The notes under the pieces were generated by a model. That model searched no databases. It was not told the DNA's origin and saw nothing but the letters and a program-made list of their open reading frames with translations. A stretch of DNA of 64,000 nt, taken from positions 1-64,000 of the forward strand of contig JAUCBJ010003535.1 in NCBI GenBank assembly GCA_032718475.1, read 5' to 3'. Position numbers and translations under genes: made by a program. This stretch comes from Nemertoderma westbladi. Lineage: Eukaryota; Animalia; Xenacoelomorpha. Of the stretch, positions 53,111 through 64,000 are shown piece after piece (position 1 is the first letter of the stretch; every line of letters starts with the position of its first letter).

Positions 53111-55924
53111 ATTCTCCCATTCATTAAGTCTAAAGTTTCCTCTAGTTTTTTTTTGGTACAGCAGCCATAACTTGTTATTATTTCTTGAGGTGAAAAATTA
53201 GCGTGGTACATGTTTTGGATATGGAATAAAGGAGTACTTTTGTAAATCTTGAATACATCAGGAGGTATGCCACCAACAAGTTATTTGCCATACAGTAGAA
53301 TATGCAGCAGTTTATACTTTGGAAAACCTTATCATTTTCATCTTCATTGGAAGTAAAAGGGACTCATTGTTTTCATCACTCACAACATTAACAAACTCTT
53401 TGTACCTCTCACAGTGAGCTATTTCTTAACAGACCAGTGCGTACTGTAAGACCTGTTGATGTGTTGAAGCAGACCACACAGTAGTAGTGAATTTTTCTCC
53501 TCATTATGGTTCTTAAAGGCAGAGCTGTCATACTGAAGAGAGGACTTCTGCACAGTCATGTTCGAACGAAGACATCAGAACGCCTTTTCATCAATACTTT
53601 TTTTGAAATACAATACAGTAGGATAGATCTGTGGCTTATGTCCACTGGGTAGGTGCCCTAGATATAGAGTTTCACTGGTTTCTTCGGAATCCTGAGTGAT
53701 GGCCAAAAACATATCATTGGCGAGGATCAAATCTTCAACAACATTTCTAAACTTCGGTTGATGTGGTTGCTGTACACCAAAGCTTACTGGAGCTGAATGG
53801 CATAGAGGCATATTGAGTCCACAAGACAAAATAGCAATAAAAGTTCATTGATCTGTACAACTGGTTCATTAGCAGGAGGGTACCGCTACGTACATGTAAT
53901 TGATACCACATTGGAAAAATATGCATTAACTTCCAAGCGAAACATGACAAATTGGCAGCGGATAATTCTACTAAACGTTTCTTCTAAAAAAAAATGCAGA
54001 CCTTTTCTCGTAAAAACTTAGCATTTTATCTCTCAGCATGACTTCCAGTTTGCATACAGTAGGTGATAACGTAAATTGTTCGTCAGTTTCTGTTTCTAAA
54101 AGCGTACAGTATAATAAAATGGAAGGTTGGTATAAATTACAGAGATAAAACCTACATTATTCAGCATTCAATTGTGTCCCAGGGCCAGCCCCAAATTGAT
54201 ATATATACTAGGAGAAACTCTATAAGCTCATTAGGTCCTTTGTGGGTTCTTTAGTGCGTTAGGTCCTACAGTCCTAAAGTCTGGAAGGTACCGGCACGGT
54301 ACGATACCGCAAATAACATTATAATATACAATACAAATAATTGCAACCTGTTGACTTTCGTTTATTGTTTTGGTTAGAATAACGTGTGTTACTGCCACCT
54401 GCTCCTTTCCATAAAAGCGTAAAAGGGAGAACCGGTAAGGCATAAAGTAACTAATGTGGCAAGCGGCAGGGACCTTACAGGTCACAATCAGGGAAACTGT
54501 GCAGAGTGTAGTGGTGTACTGTGATTCTGGTTCTCCTACCAGCCTACTGTCGATTGGCCGATGGGTGCCAACAAGTTGATATGACTTGCAAACGTGTCAA
54601 CTGTCAGACTGTATTCAGGTAGACCTATCGCTATATGTTTATGTTTAATGTTTAATAGTTTAGGGTAAGAGGAAGATAAACTTATAGATACCCATCACCG
54701 ACATAATTTAAGGCAATCTTTATATAGAACCAGAACTGAAAGTAAATTAATATGTTGTATGTAATACCGGTAATAGAATAAAATATTAATAACTACTAAT
54801 ACTAACTACTAATAAAATATAGTAAGAAGTTGAAGAAGAGTATAAAAAAAACCTGATACGACACCAACGAAATACATGTACTCAATCCAGCGTAGGACTG
54901 TTAAAAACCGGCGATGCACAAACAACAAACTATAATATAGGTTAAAACAAAGTAGTGTAGAATCGGTAGAACTATTGAAATTTGAATAAGGTATGTATGA
55001 ATTATTAAAAACCGACTGAATTAAAATTTAAATAAAATATGTATGAATTATGTATGAATTACTAAAAACTGACGGGGTAGGTTAGTGTGGCGCAAACAAC
55101 GTACGTACCATAATTTTAAAAAAGTATTTAAAAATATTGACAATAAATTTGTAAATAAGTAATGTTGTACAGGCTTAAAAACATGTCAATAACAAATAGT
55201 CTACATTGATACCAAATTGAATTAAAGATTTCTTACGTGCAGATCCGAATGTGAAGCGATTATTGCCTAATGGTCAATAAAAAATTAATTAATTAATTAT
55301 GTATTCCTATATTATTGATACAATTAAAAATGATTTAATTAAAATATTGTAATTAAAATGTAGTATTCCTACTGTACCATAGGTTTTCATGCGTATATTT
55401 GGGCATGAAAGGGTTAAATAAATAAATAAATTTATAGACTAGAAATTAAATATAAACCAATCAATTAAGTTATTTAATTCATTAAATTTAGAGTTACAAT
55501 TATCACGCATTGAAAAATGTTTCTAGGTCCACCACGACGGATCGGTCTGTCGGTAGCTGTAGGTATTGCAGTAGTGTACAGTTAGGTACGGTATGTAGGT
55601 TAGGCCTACAGCAGTACAGCCTACACCCGACACCTACACCAGTACTGCAGTACACTGCTACTACATACCTGTCAGCCTGTAGGCCTACCCACCTATCCCA
55701 TACCCCATGTCTTGTCAGCATGTACCGGCAACCGGTATCAGGGTATTCAATACTGCAGTACAGCAGTACCGGTACTGTAGATGTTGGATGTAGTCTCAGA
55801 AGACCACAGACTGACAGACTCATGTCAGTATGTTGGCAGCATTTTTAAAATTTTTTTCCTTTAACATTTCTCTACCAGTGTACTGAATGTCTGACCACAT
55901 GGCTGTATGGTTTCCCTCAATTGG

Positions 55925-56554
55925 CAGTCGGCCCAGTCGGGAAGAAGTAGTCCCCACTATTTTCAACTGAGTTGAAATTTCAACTTTATTTTTTAAATTC
56001 AACTTTTTATTACGGTAAAATTCAACTTTTGGCTGTTTGGAGTAGCGGTACGGACTTGTACGGTCAGACTGTCAGACGGTATAGTTTAAAATTCAATTTT
56101 TTTTTTAAAATTCAACTTTTGGTGTAGCTTTGGAAATACTGAAATATGGAATTGGAATCCATTACTGGCTGACTGGTATTCCATTGTATAATAATTATGG
56201 CATACCGGTACAGCGGTAATTTCATAGGGCCTACATCTAATAAATTCCCGTACAGCCGTAGTATTTCAGCTAATTTGCAAATGTAATCACTTAAAATGTT
56301 TTAAAAAAGTATTCCCGACGGTGAAAGTTTTTATTCCATCCACCATCGGTAATGAGGGTTAATTTTTCGAATTACATCCATAAAAACACCCCTTCTGTGA
56401 CGTCTTGCTGTCTTGGCAGCTTGGGGCCTTGCCTTTCTGCGCCACCTGCCATTTTAGAGTTGAATTTACAACTTAAAAGTTGAATTACCGGTACATTTTA
56501 AGTTTTAAATTTCAACTCAGTCTGTCAGTTGAAATTTGAACTTCTCCCCGACTG
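55925..56554. mobile_element. MITE with CAGTC termini and a 5-bp TSD
   Basis: CAGTCGG..CCGACTG ends flanked by ATTGG on both sides; subterminal TTCAAC/GTTGAA repeats. Confidence 0.6.
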
Positions 56555-57201
56555 ATTGGTATAAAGTGATCGTTTAGGCCTAGGCCTATTGTTTTATTAG
56601 AAAAGCCCGTCTTTTTCTGTCTGTAACCTGCTCCTTTCCCTCAATTTGTAAAGTGGCCATTTATTGTTTTGGTTATTGGTAATGTGATCGTGTATTGTTT
56701 TGGTTAGAAAAGCCCGCCTCTGTCAGTCAGGGAGATCATCAATTTTGGGGTTACCCCAAATTTCGAATTCTGGTAATACTGTAATAGACTGTCGAAAATT
56801 GGGGTTTTTTGTTCAAATTTGAGGTATTTTTAGGCTCATAATATCGAGTGTTGCTGCGACTTAGGGAAACTGTTGGAGCAACTTCTACTTTTAATATGTT
56901 AAAATATAATGTAAAATAAGAACTTTTATCGATGCAATAAAATATTTCACCGATGCAAACATGCTTTAATTGGGGGCGAAAATTGAAATTTGAGGTTAAA
57001 CCTCAAATTTGAGACAAAACCTCAAATTTCGCCAGCCTTTACAACATCACCAGCCTGTCAGCAGTAGGGTGTAGCAGTAGGCTTTGCTGCTTAGTGCTTA
57101 AATAGAGCTTGGTGAGAATGGGTGACCAGTGTAACCTGTGACCTGACATGTATGCAGGGCAGGCTTAACCTTACAGACAGCACAGTAACTTACAGTCAAT
57201 A

Positions 57202-58364
57202 CAGTAAGGGAAAATACCCCGAATCGGGGTATATACAGCTATATACACCGAATCGGTGTCATAGTAGAAAATAATGACACCGATTCGAGATTTTCAGTAG
57301 AAAGTTATACCCCGAATCGGTGTTCTTCTAGAAAATCTCCAGGCAGTGGAAAAATTAGGTATACCCCGAATCGGGGTATAGGAGTTATTTACGCCCCTCC
57401 AGAAAAATGATGTTTCACTCATGCGATGCCAGACTGGAATTCATAGTGCTGTAGTGCGGAAATTACCTTTTTTTTGTGCAGTACAATAGGCCTACTGTTT
57501 CATAATATAAATGTGGTAACTATTGATAGATATAGCTGTATAGGGCCTACTACTGAAGTGCGGGACGTCCTGTATAGGCCCCCTTCTAGGCCTATACTGT
57601 ACATTTACATTATTATTATTGCAGTGTTATTTGTCTATCAACTGATTTATAAATATGGATATGATAACAAAAAGTATGTATTTTAATCAACACGGAGTAC
57701 CAGTCATAGTCAGTTAGTACCAGTACAGTAAATTCCATAATTAACAAACAATTTACGTCTAATAAACAAACAATAATATAATAGGAAATCACCAAATATA
57801 CTCGCATCGCAATTATTCGCAAATATATTAAATATTTTAATTAATTTGTTCGTTTATATAACACTAATACTAATTAGAATATGAATTACATCACGATAAT
57901 CCATTAAAAAATATAAAAAATGACAAGAAAATATACACCGAATCGGTGTCAGAGTGGAAAAAAAGAGCCGATTCGGTGTATTTTCGAGAAAATTGAATTC
58001 CTGAATCGGTGTACTAGAAAATACTGACCCCGAATCGGTGCTTCTGCAGGCTGTAGTAATATATCGTAAGCCCCCATTCGGGGTACAGGGAGTCCTGGAT
58101 ACCCTGATTCGGGGTATAATTTGCATTAGATTTTCCGGTACAATATCGAAGCCGGAAGATTTCATTATTACTTCAAAGTTTTCTTATTTGTAGTACACAC
58201 CAATGTGTATTCGAATATGTTAAAACGAAATTGCGGAATTAAAATCTTCATATGCGGAAATGAAGGAGAAAAAATGTCTATGGGAGAACCCCGAATCGGG
58301 GTATCATGAAACCCCGAATGGGGGTTTGCTTCTATACCCCGATTCGGGGTATTTTCCCTTACTG
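57202..58364. mobile_element. Tc1/pogo-like MITE
   Basis: TIR CAGTAAGGGAAAATACCCCGAATCGGGGTATA with many CCGAATCGG repeats; TA on the left, CA on the right. Confidence 0.85.
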
Positions 58365-58429
58365 CAATAACTTTAATGATTGTTAACTCCGTTAGTGATT
58401 GGTGAGAAAAATGCAGAAGACTAGATAAA

Positions 58430-59120
58430 TTCGCTATCCTTACAGCCTTACTGTTGGTAAGAAGAACAGTAGACCAAATCTTCACTGTTGCGAGATTCAA
58501 GCTCACACAGCTGCACAGCACAGTCACAGACTCAGGAAGACCTACGATATCTTGTAGATGTTGAATCAATTCCAGAATTTGGAAGTTTACATATTCTGGC
58601 ATTCATCTGTTCTGTTCATCATTCATATCACACATCTTCAGAAAAAAATATGTTTTCTGGCTGTTGGTGTCCTCTTTAAAACTTTGTATATCAAATGAAG
58701 CCATTCCTCTCCTGATAGCCTGAAGACTTATGTAATATTCGCCTGCCCTAGCTCTATCTGTCAATTGGAATACTGTACCATCAGTTTGGAGCCCATTTCT
58801 AGACAAATGTTGCAGCAAAGGTTGACAGGTTGACGTGGTTTATACAATATATGTGGACTTGATTCTTTTGTTAGTTATTCTATATGACTGGCAACTGGAG
58901 AGTGGAGACTCTAAAGTTGGAACCTTATGAAGCAAAGGCCAAGCCCCGCCCATCTGCCCATGTCTGCATGTTCCATACATCACCTCTTCTTTATCAGGGT
59001 CATTAACATATGGAACATGCTGGACCCTGGACCTGGAACACAGTAGAAACATCATCATCTCATCACTAATCGCTAGTCTTTTAAACAGTCTTTAGACTCT
59101 GCTTTCTTATCAAGACATCT
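58430..59120 (-). pseudogene. Frameshifted coding-like remnant with a SAP-like motif
   Basis: Adjacent short ORFs (PYVNDPDKEEVMYGTC; LLQHLSRNGLQTDGTVFQLTDR); family not recognised. Confidence 0.3.
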
Positions 59121-59299
59121 GAAATGTTTTAGAAATCTAAGTGACTGTTTGTTTAAAGGCCTACTATACATACTTACATCCTTTTAAATTGCCCTTATGT
59201 GGAACCAGAATCATTTATAACTTGGGCAAAAAGTATAACCTTTTTCACTAATCTATTCTCGAGGCTTTATCTCATTTCTGGAGTACACCTTGCAGGCAC

Positions 59300-61022
59300 C
59301 CAGGTTGGAATTCATGCATGAGCGCGCAGGTACGCTTTGTTGTTTTGAAATCACCGCGCACCTGAAATTGGCTCGTCGCGCACCTCATCATATGTCATAA
59401 TCCAAACAAAATCGCGCAGCTCATGTCATGCATATCTCAAAAAATCGCACATTTCATAAGAACAATTTTACATTCCTATTTTACAAGTTTGAGCGTTTTA
59501 AGCTTATCTTTACGTCTGTCTGTCTGTACGTTGAATCTAGGCTTACATAATAAATGTAATTTTTGCAACATTGTTAATATTAAAAAATATTTTTTTAATC
59601 CACTACTATCTGACTATGGTGGCCCATCGGGCTCACTGCTTTTATAACAGAAAATATTATTTTAGATCACAAACAAAACATGTACCGGTAATTTCAAAAA
59701 AACGAATATTGAAATAGGTACCAGTCTGCCAATAATACTTTGTATAGGCCTACCTAACAATTAGGCTTAAACATACAGTTGGCTTATAATTAAGTCATAC
59801 TTATAATACATTGTTACTTTCTGACTTTACCTGTTTACTAACGTAACATCGGCATAGCATAGACCTAATAACAATACAACAATAGAGTACTGTAGTTAAA
59901 ATAAATTAGGGCTCGATCGGAGTTGGGATTTGGCCGGAGCCGGAGCAGGAGCCGGAGTTGGACAATTTGGCCGGAGCCGGAGCAGGAGCCGGAGTTTTTC
60001 AAAAATTTTAAAAATCAAAAATTTTCAAAAATTTATTTAAAAAAAAAATAAAGTATGGTTATCGTTCGCCAATCGCTCATAATCAATCATACTGTAGGTC
60101 TAATTAATTTCATAATTTATAGATTTACGAATTTTCAATTTAAGTAATTAATTTATCACGGACAGACGGCCTGACGCTGACGGCCTGATGTTGACGGCGA
60201 TGGCCTGACGCTGACGGCTAAAAATTACCTACAGTACCTAACTCGCTAACTGTCTAACTGTTGTAGAGGTGTGTACTGTAGGTAGCCTACCGTACGTGTA
60301 CCAGTACTGCAGTACAGTATGCTGGCATGACAGCAGTAAATGGCTGCAGTGGTACAGTCTGACAGTGTACAATCATAGCATTTACAATTTTTTAAAGTAG
60401 GGCCTATCTGTAACAGTCTGCTAGTCAGCCAGCTGGCCAGTACCAGTACTGCAGTACAGTCAGTCAGTCATTGACTTTAAGTAAATACTGCAGTATTATC
60501 AGATTATACTTGAGATTGAAGCTGTACTACAGTACTTCTGTACTTATAGTGTTAAATAATTGTTCAGATTAGAATATGCACGAAATATAATACTTTATTA
60601 AAAAATTAACTCCGGCAATATTTTTGCCGGAGCCGGAGCAGGAGCCGGAGGTGCCAAAATGGCCGGAGCCGGAGCCGGAGGCCGGAGCTCCGATCGAGCC
60701 CTAAAATAAATAGACAAATTCAGCTCCGGTTGCCGGTATTACAGTATTACTGTATTATGGTGAAGTGATTTGACATAGACTGTTTGAAGAATTGGAAATG
60801 AGAAACTAATGCGAGCGTAGCGAGCGAAATTTTTTTGTGTATTTTCGTGATTTCAATTAATTTGTGGTGCGCATCAGAGGCAGAGCTGCGCGCTGAGGCG
60901 CAACGCGCACCTGTCTCACACCCGAACGCGCACCTGTCTCACCCAAACGCGCAACGCGCATCTGGTTTGCGGTCATTCGCGCAGGTACGCGTCCGAGTTT
61001 TGCAGCATGAATTCCAACCTGG
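59300..61022. mobile_element. DNA transposon/MITE with an 8-bp TSD
   Basis: TIR CCAGGTTGGAATTCATGC / GCATGAATTCCAACCTGG, TSD GCAGGCAC, CGCGCA subterminal repeats. Confidence 0.82.
59907..60703. mobile_element. hAT MITE nested in the previous element
   Basis: TIR TAGGGCTCGATCGGAG / CTCCGATCGAGCCCTA, (GCCGGA)n repeats, 8-bp TSD AAATAAAT. Confidence 0.9.
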
Positions 61023-61143
61023 GCAGGCACTAAAGTTGCATTGCAATAATCGATAGTGTGTAGGGATGGATTTCGCTCAAATTTCGATCAAAAATTTTGA
61101 TCAACACTTTCAATGAAATTTTAGAAATTCCACCCAAAATATT

Positions 61144-61419
61144 TTGGCACTTGTGTCAAATCAAATAGGTGACCCTCCTAATCTGCTAATCCTGAAATCA
61201 CCAGCTAATGCTGAAATTTAGTGCAGGTGATATCAATATTCCTAACACTTGTTTATTGTTTTTTGGTTACTTTCAACTCACCTCTGTAACCTGCTCCTTT
61301 GACCTTTGCTAACCCTGTAACCGGGCACTAGTGAAAGTGACTTTAGTTTTGGTGATTTAAGGATTAGCAGAATAGGAGCTAGGAGGGTCCCCTACAGCCC
61401 TATTTGACACAAGTGCCAA
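61144..61419. mobile_element. Small MITE-like inverted repeat
   Basis: TTGGCACTTGTGTCAAAT / ATTTGACACAAGTGCCAA. Confidence 0.6.
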
Positions 61420-62847
61420 TGTTTTATTGTACTTTTTTTACCGGGAGAAAAAGTAAAATCAATGCATAATTATGGCTCTATGGTACATTATTATGTGGCA
61501 ATATTATTGCAGGTTGTTGCTGTGTTGCCGACGTTGCAAAAGCTTTGCCCAACAAAAAGTTACAATATTCAGATATTATGGGGATAACTTTTTCCCTACA
61601 AGTAGGGAAAAAAAGTAGGCCTACTACTTTTTCTCCCGATTTTAGGGCATATTCAAGCAAAAAAGTAACAATATAAAAATATAAGTTCTTTAACTGTTTA
61701 AGCTCTGTAGGTACTTCGTTTTATATGTCTACCATCTGATTAGCCGCCCCACTGCACCCCTACCAGTAGCCTTTTTAAATATAAGCCTTTTTAAACTACC
61801 GGTAATACTGAATATGTTTTAAATGTTATATTTCACAACACTCAGACACTACCCTAGCCCTAGGCCTACATCAGTTTATTTTTTTACCTTTGCAATACAG
61901 TAACAAGCTAACAACTACTGAACTAGGCCAACTATGGCTTCTGTCTGTATCTGACTTGGACTATGCTGCTATGAATTTCAAATTTGGGGTAAAACTCAAA
62001 TTTAGAGAATTAACCTAACCTTGTATTAAATTTGAGGTAATTCCAAAATTGGGTCTATAATTTGAAATTTGAGGTATTCTCAAATTTGATGATCTCCCTG
62101 ACTGTCTGTAACCTCGTAACCTGCTCCTTTCCCTCAATTTGTATAGTGGCCGTTTATTGTTTTGATTAGCAAAGCCTGCCAGCCTGCCTACTGGCCTACC
62201 AGCCTACAGGCCTATGTAACCTGCTTCTGCTTTGTACAGTTGTACCCTATGCGCTATGCCCTAGGCAGGCCCTAGTTTACCGGTCTGCCGGCCCCGGCAC
62301 CACGCCACCACGGCCACCACGTTAACGGCGTTATAGCGTTACAGCTTACGCTTACACTGTTACAGGCTTAGCCTGCTACTACTGTACTACCTGACTACAG
62401 CCCTGACACCTAACAGTCTGACAGTGGTTAAGGTGCGTTAGGTCCTGGCGCCAGGGCGCTTTAGGTCCTGGCAGTCGGTGAGAAGTCAAAAATTGGACTT
62501 TAGTCCAAAATTGGACTTCGACTCCAGTTCAAGTCCAAAATTGGACTTCTGTGAGTCCAATATTGGACTTCAAATCAGCTAATTGTTCCAGGGCCTTGGC
62601 CTTAGGTACGTGATAGGCTGATAGGGTAGACCTACGGTAGAGCATATCAGATGTATTTCATTAGGCTAGCGCTAGACTGCTAGGCGTATTTTCTGTTGCA
62701 GTGTAGTTGGGATCATTCCAATATTTATGAAGATATTTACTGGTACTTTATACTGTTAGGCTATAATAATTTATTTCACCATAGGACGAACGGACTTTCA
62801 TAAAACCGCCACCCATCGCCCCTCTCCGACGTAAAATACCTGCGTTT

Positions 62848-63261
62848 GTGGCGACGCGTCGCCCGCATGGGTTTCCCGGAGATACGCGCCGTAATATTAT
62901 GGATTCAGCGGAGGAGGCGATAGATGAACAAACCGGGACGACCGCAGCGAGGCAACGAGGTGCGAAACGGTTGCGGTACATAGTAGAGTCGGATAGCGAA
63001 GAGGGGGTGGTGAGCGATGTGGAGGGAGATTGGACTGAAGGAGAGGAGGAGATATCGGTATCGAGCAATGACGACTCTAATAGCGAGATGGATCAAATAA
63101 GACTTCCTCGGAGGGATGTGAGTAGATTCGATCAGCCCCTTAGTGTGGACGTGGACCAATGTACCGTTGTTCTAGAACGGATAAACACACCGGAGACAGT
63201 GAAGAGGGGTGCTACCTCACACCAATCCTCTTTGAAAGGGAGCAATAGGAATTTCGGTTAG
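62848..63261 (+). CDS. Acidic low-complexity ORF of unknown origin (possibly a transposon-protein N-terminus)
   Basis: GC-richer ORF with a basic patch (RQRGAKRLR) followed by a D/E/S-rich tract; no domain recognised. Confidence 0.25.
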   Translation: MATRRPHGFPGDTRRNIMDSAEEAIDEQTGTTAARQRGAKRLRYIVESDSEEGVVSDVEGDWTEGEEEISVSSNDDSNSEMDQIRLPRRDVSRFDQPLSVDVDQCTVVLERINTPETVKRGATSHQSSLKGSNRNFG

Positions 63262-63649
63262 TTGTTGTTTTATATTTAGGCCTAATATTAAAGTGTTACC
63301 TATTAGTTTAGTTGCCATTTGATTGGGTACCAAAATTTAATTACCGGTACTTTATTTAATATTTTCTTAGGTAAATCTCGAAGCGATCTGAGATGGAAGA
63401 AACTTCGACGAACTCCGGAATCCGACGATTATACGGAGGAGAGCGGGAGTGGTTACTACGGGTCGCCCAGTGACAGTTCTGGTCGCGATAGTAACACCGA
63501 CTCTACCGAAATCGGGATCGCTATAGGGCCAAACATCGCGATAAAACGACCACCGACGGCCTGGCTGGAAGCCAACCAGTCGTCCATAGCAACGGTCGGT
63601 CAAGTCACAGAAACTCGGAGTACCAACTCCGGAGTCGCTCGCATTAAAA

Positions 63650-63985
63650 CTGTTACTCATACCGGAAGTAATGTTACTCATACCGGAAGTAATGTTACTC
63701 ATACCGGAAGTAATGTTACTCATACGGGAAGTAATGTTACTCCTACCGGAAGTAATGTTACTCATACCGGAAGTAATGTTACTCATACTGGAAGTAAGGT
63801 TACTCATAACAGAAGTAATGTTACTCATACCGGAAGTAATGTTACTCATACCGGAAGTAATGTTACTCATACCGGAAGTAAGGTTACTCATAACGGAAGT
63901 AATGTTTCTCATACCGGAAGTAATGTTACTCATGCCGGAAGTAAGGTCACTCATACCGGAATTAATGTTCCGCGTACCGGAAGTC
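63650..63985. repeat. 21-bp minisatellite (TACCGGAAGTAATGTTACTCA)n
   Basis: About 15 tandem copies are directly visible. Confidence 0.92.
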
Positions 63986-64000
63986 GTGAGTCCCTGCTCG

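Larger units (their letters stand above)
56724..62104. mobile_element. Large DNA transposon remnant (CAGTC termini, 5-bp TSD) hosting nested MITEs
   Basis: TIR CAGTCAGGGAGATCATCAA / TTGATGATCTCCCTGACTG, TSD TCTGT, AAATTTGAGG subterminal repeats at both ends. Confidence 0.7.

Noticed and set aside
50820-53960. Exon-like or coding-like patches (50824-50981, 51085-51425, 53230-53960); similar patches at 12090-12600 and 24886-25188
   Set aside because: Stops or frameshifts in most patches and no recognisable domain; a gene model cannot be supported.
63367-63954. 195-aa MSNITSG-repeat ORF
   Set aside because: It is a by-product of the 21-bp minisatellite.

Overview
This is AT-rich, repeat-saturated eukaryotic (animal, probably invertebrate) DNA with no confidently identifiable host gene. 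It is dominated by two related minus-strand BEL/Pao LTR retrotransposons. Element B (25338-37044) is complete, with near-identical 1.28 kb LTRs and an ATGTG target duplication. Element A (about 703-12081) has its 3' end interrupted. Both encode only an intact Gag-protease ORF of about 1350 aa and share one deletion of RT, most of RNase H and integrase. The most notable observation is that neither has a tRNA-type primer-binding site. Instead, the 11 nt after the 5' LTR are perfectly complementary to a site inside the element's own LTR, and all 4 differences between the two elements are compensated. This points to Tf1-like self-priming in a BEL/Pao lineage, and covarying RNA helices in U5 and the leader are consistent with it. 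The rest of the window is nested DNA transposons/MITEs (hAT, pogo/Tc1-like, MULE-foldback, CMC-like, 5-bp-TSD elements), an RTE fragment, SINEs, a decayed transposase and minisatellites. All alignments were made by eye.
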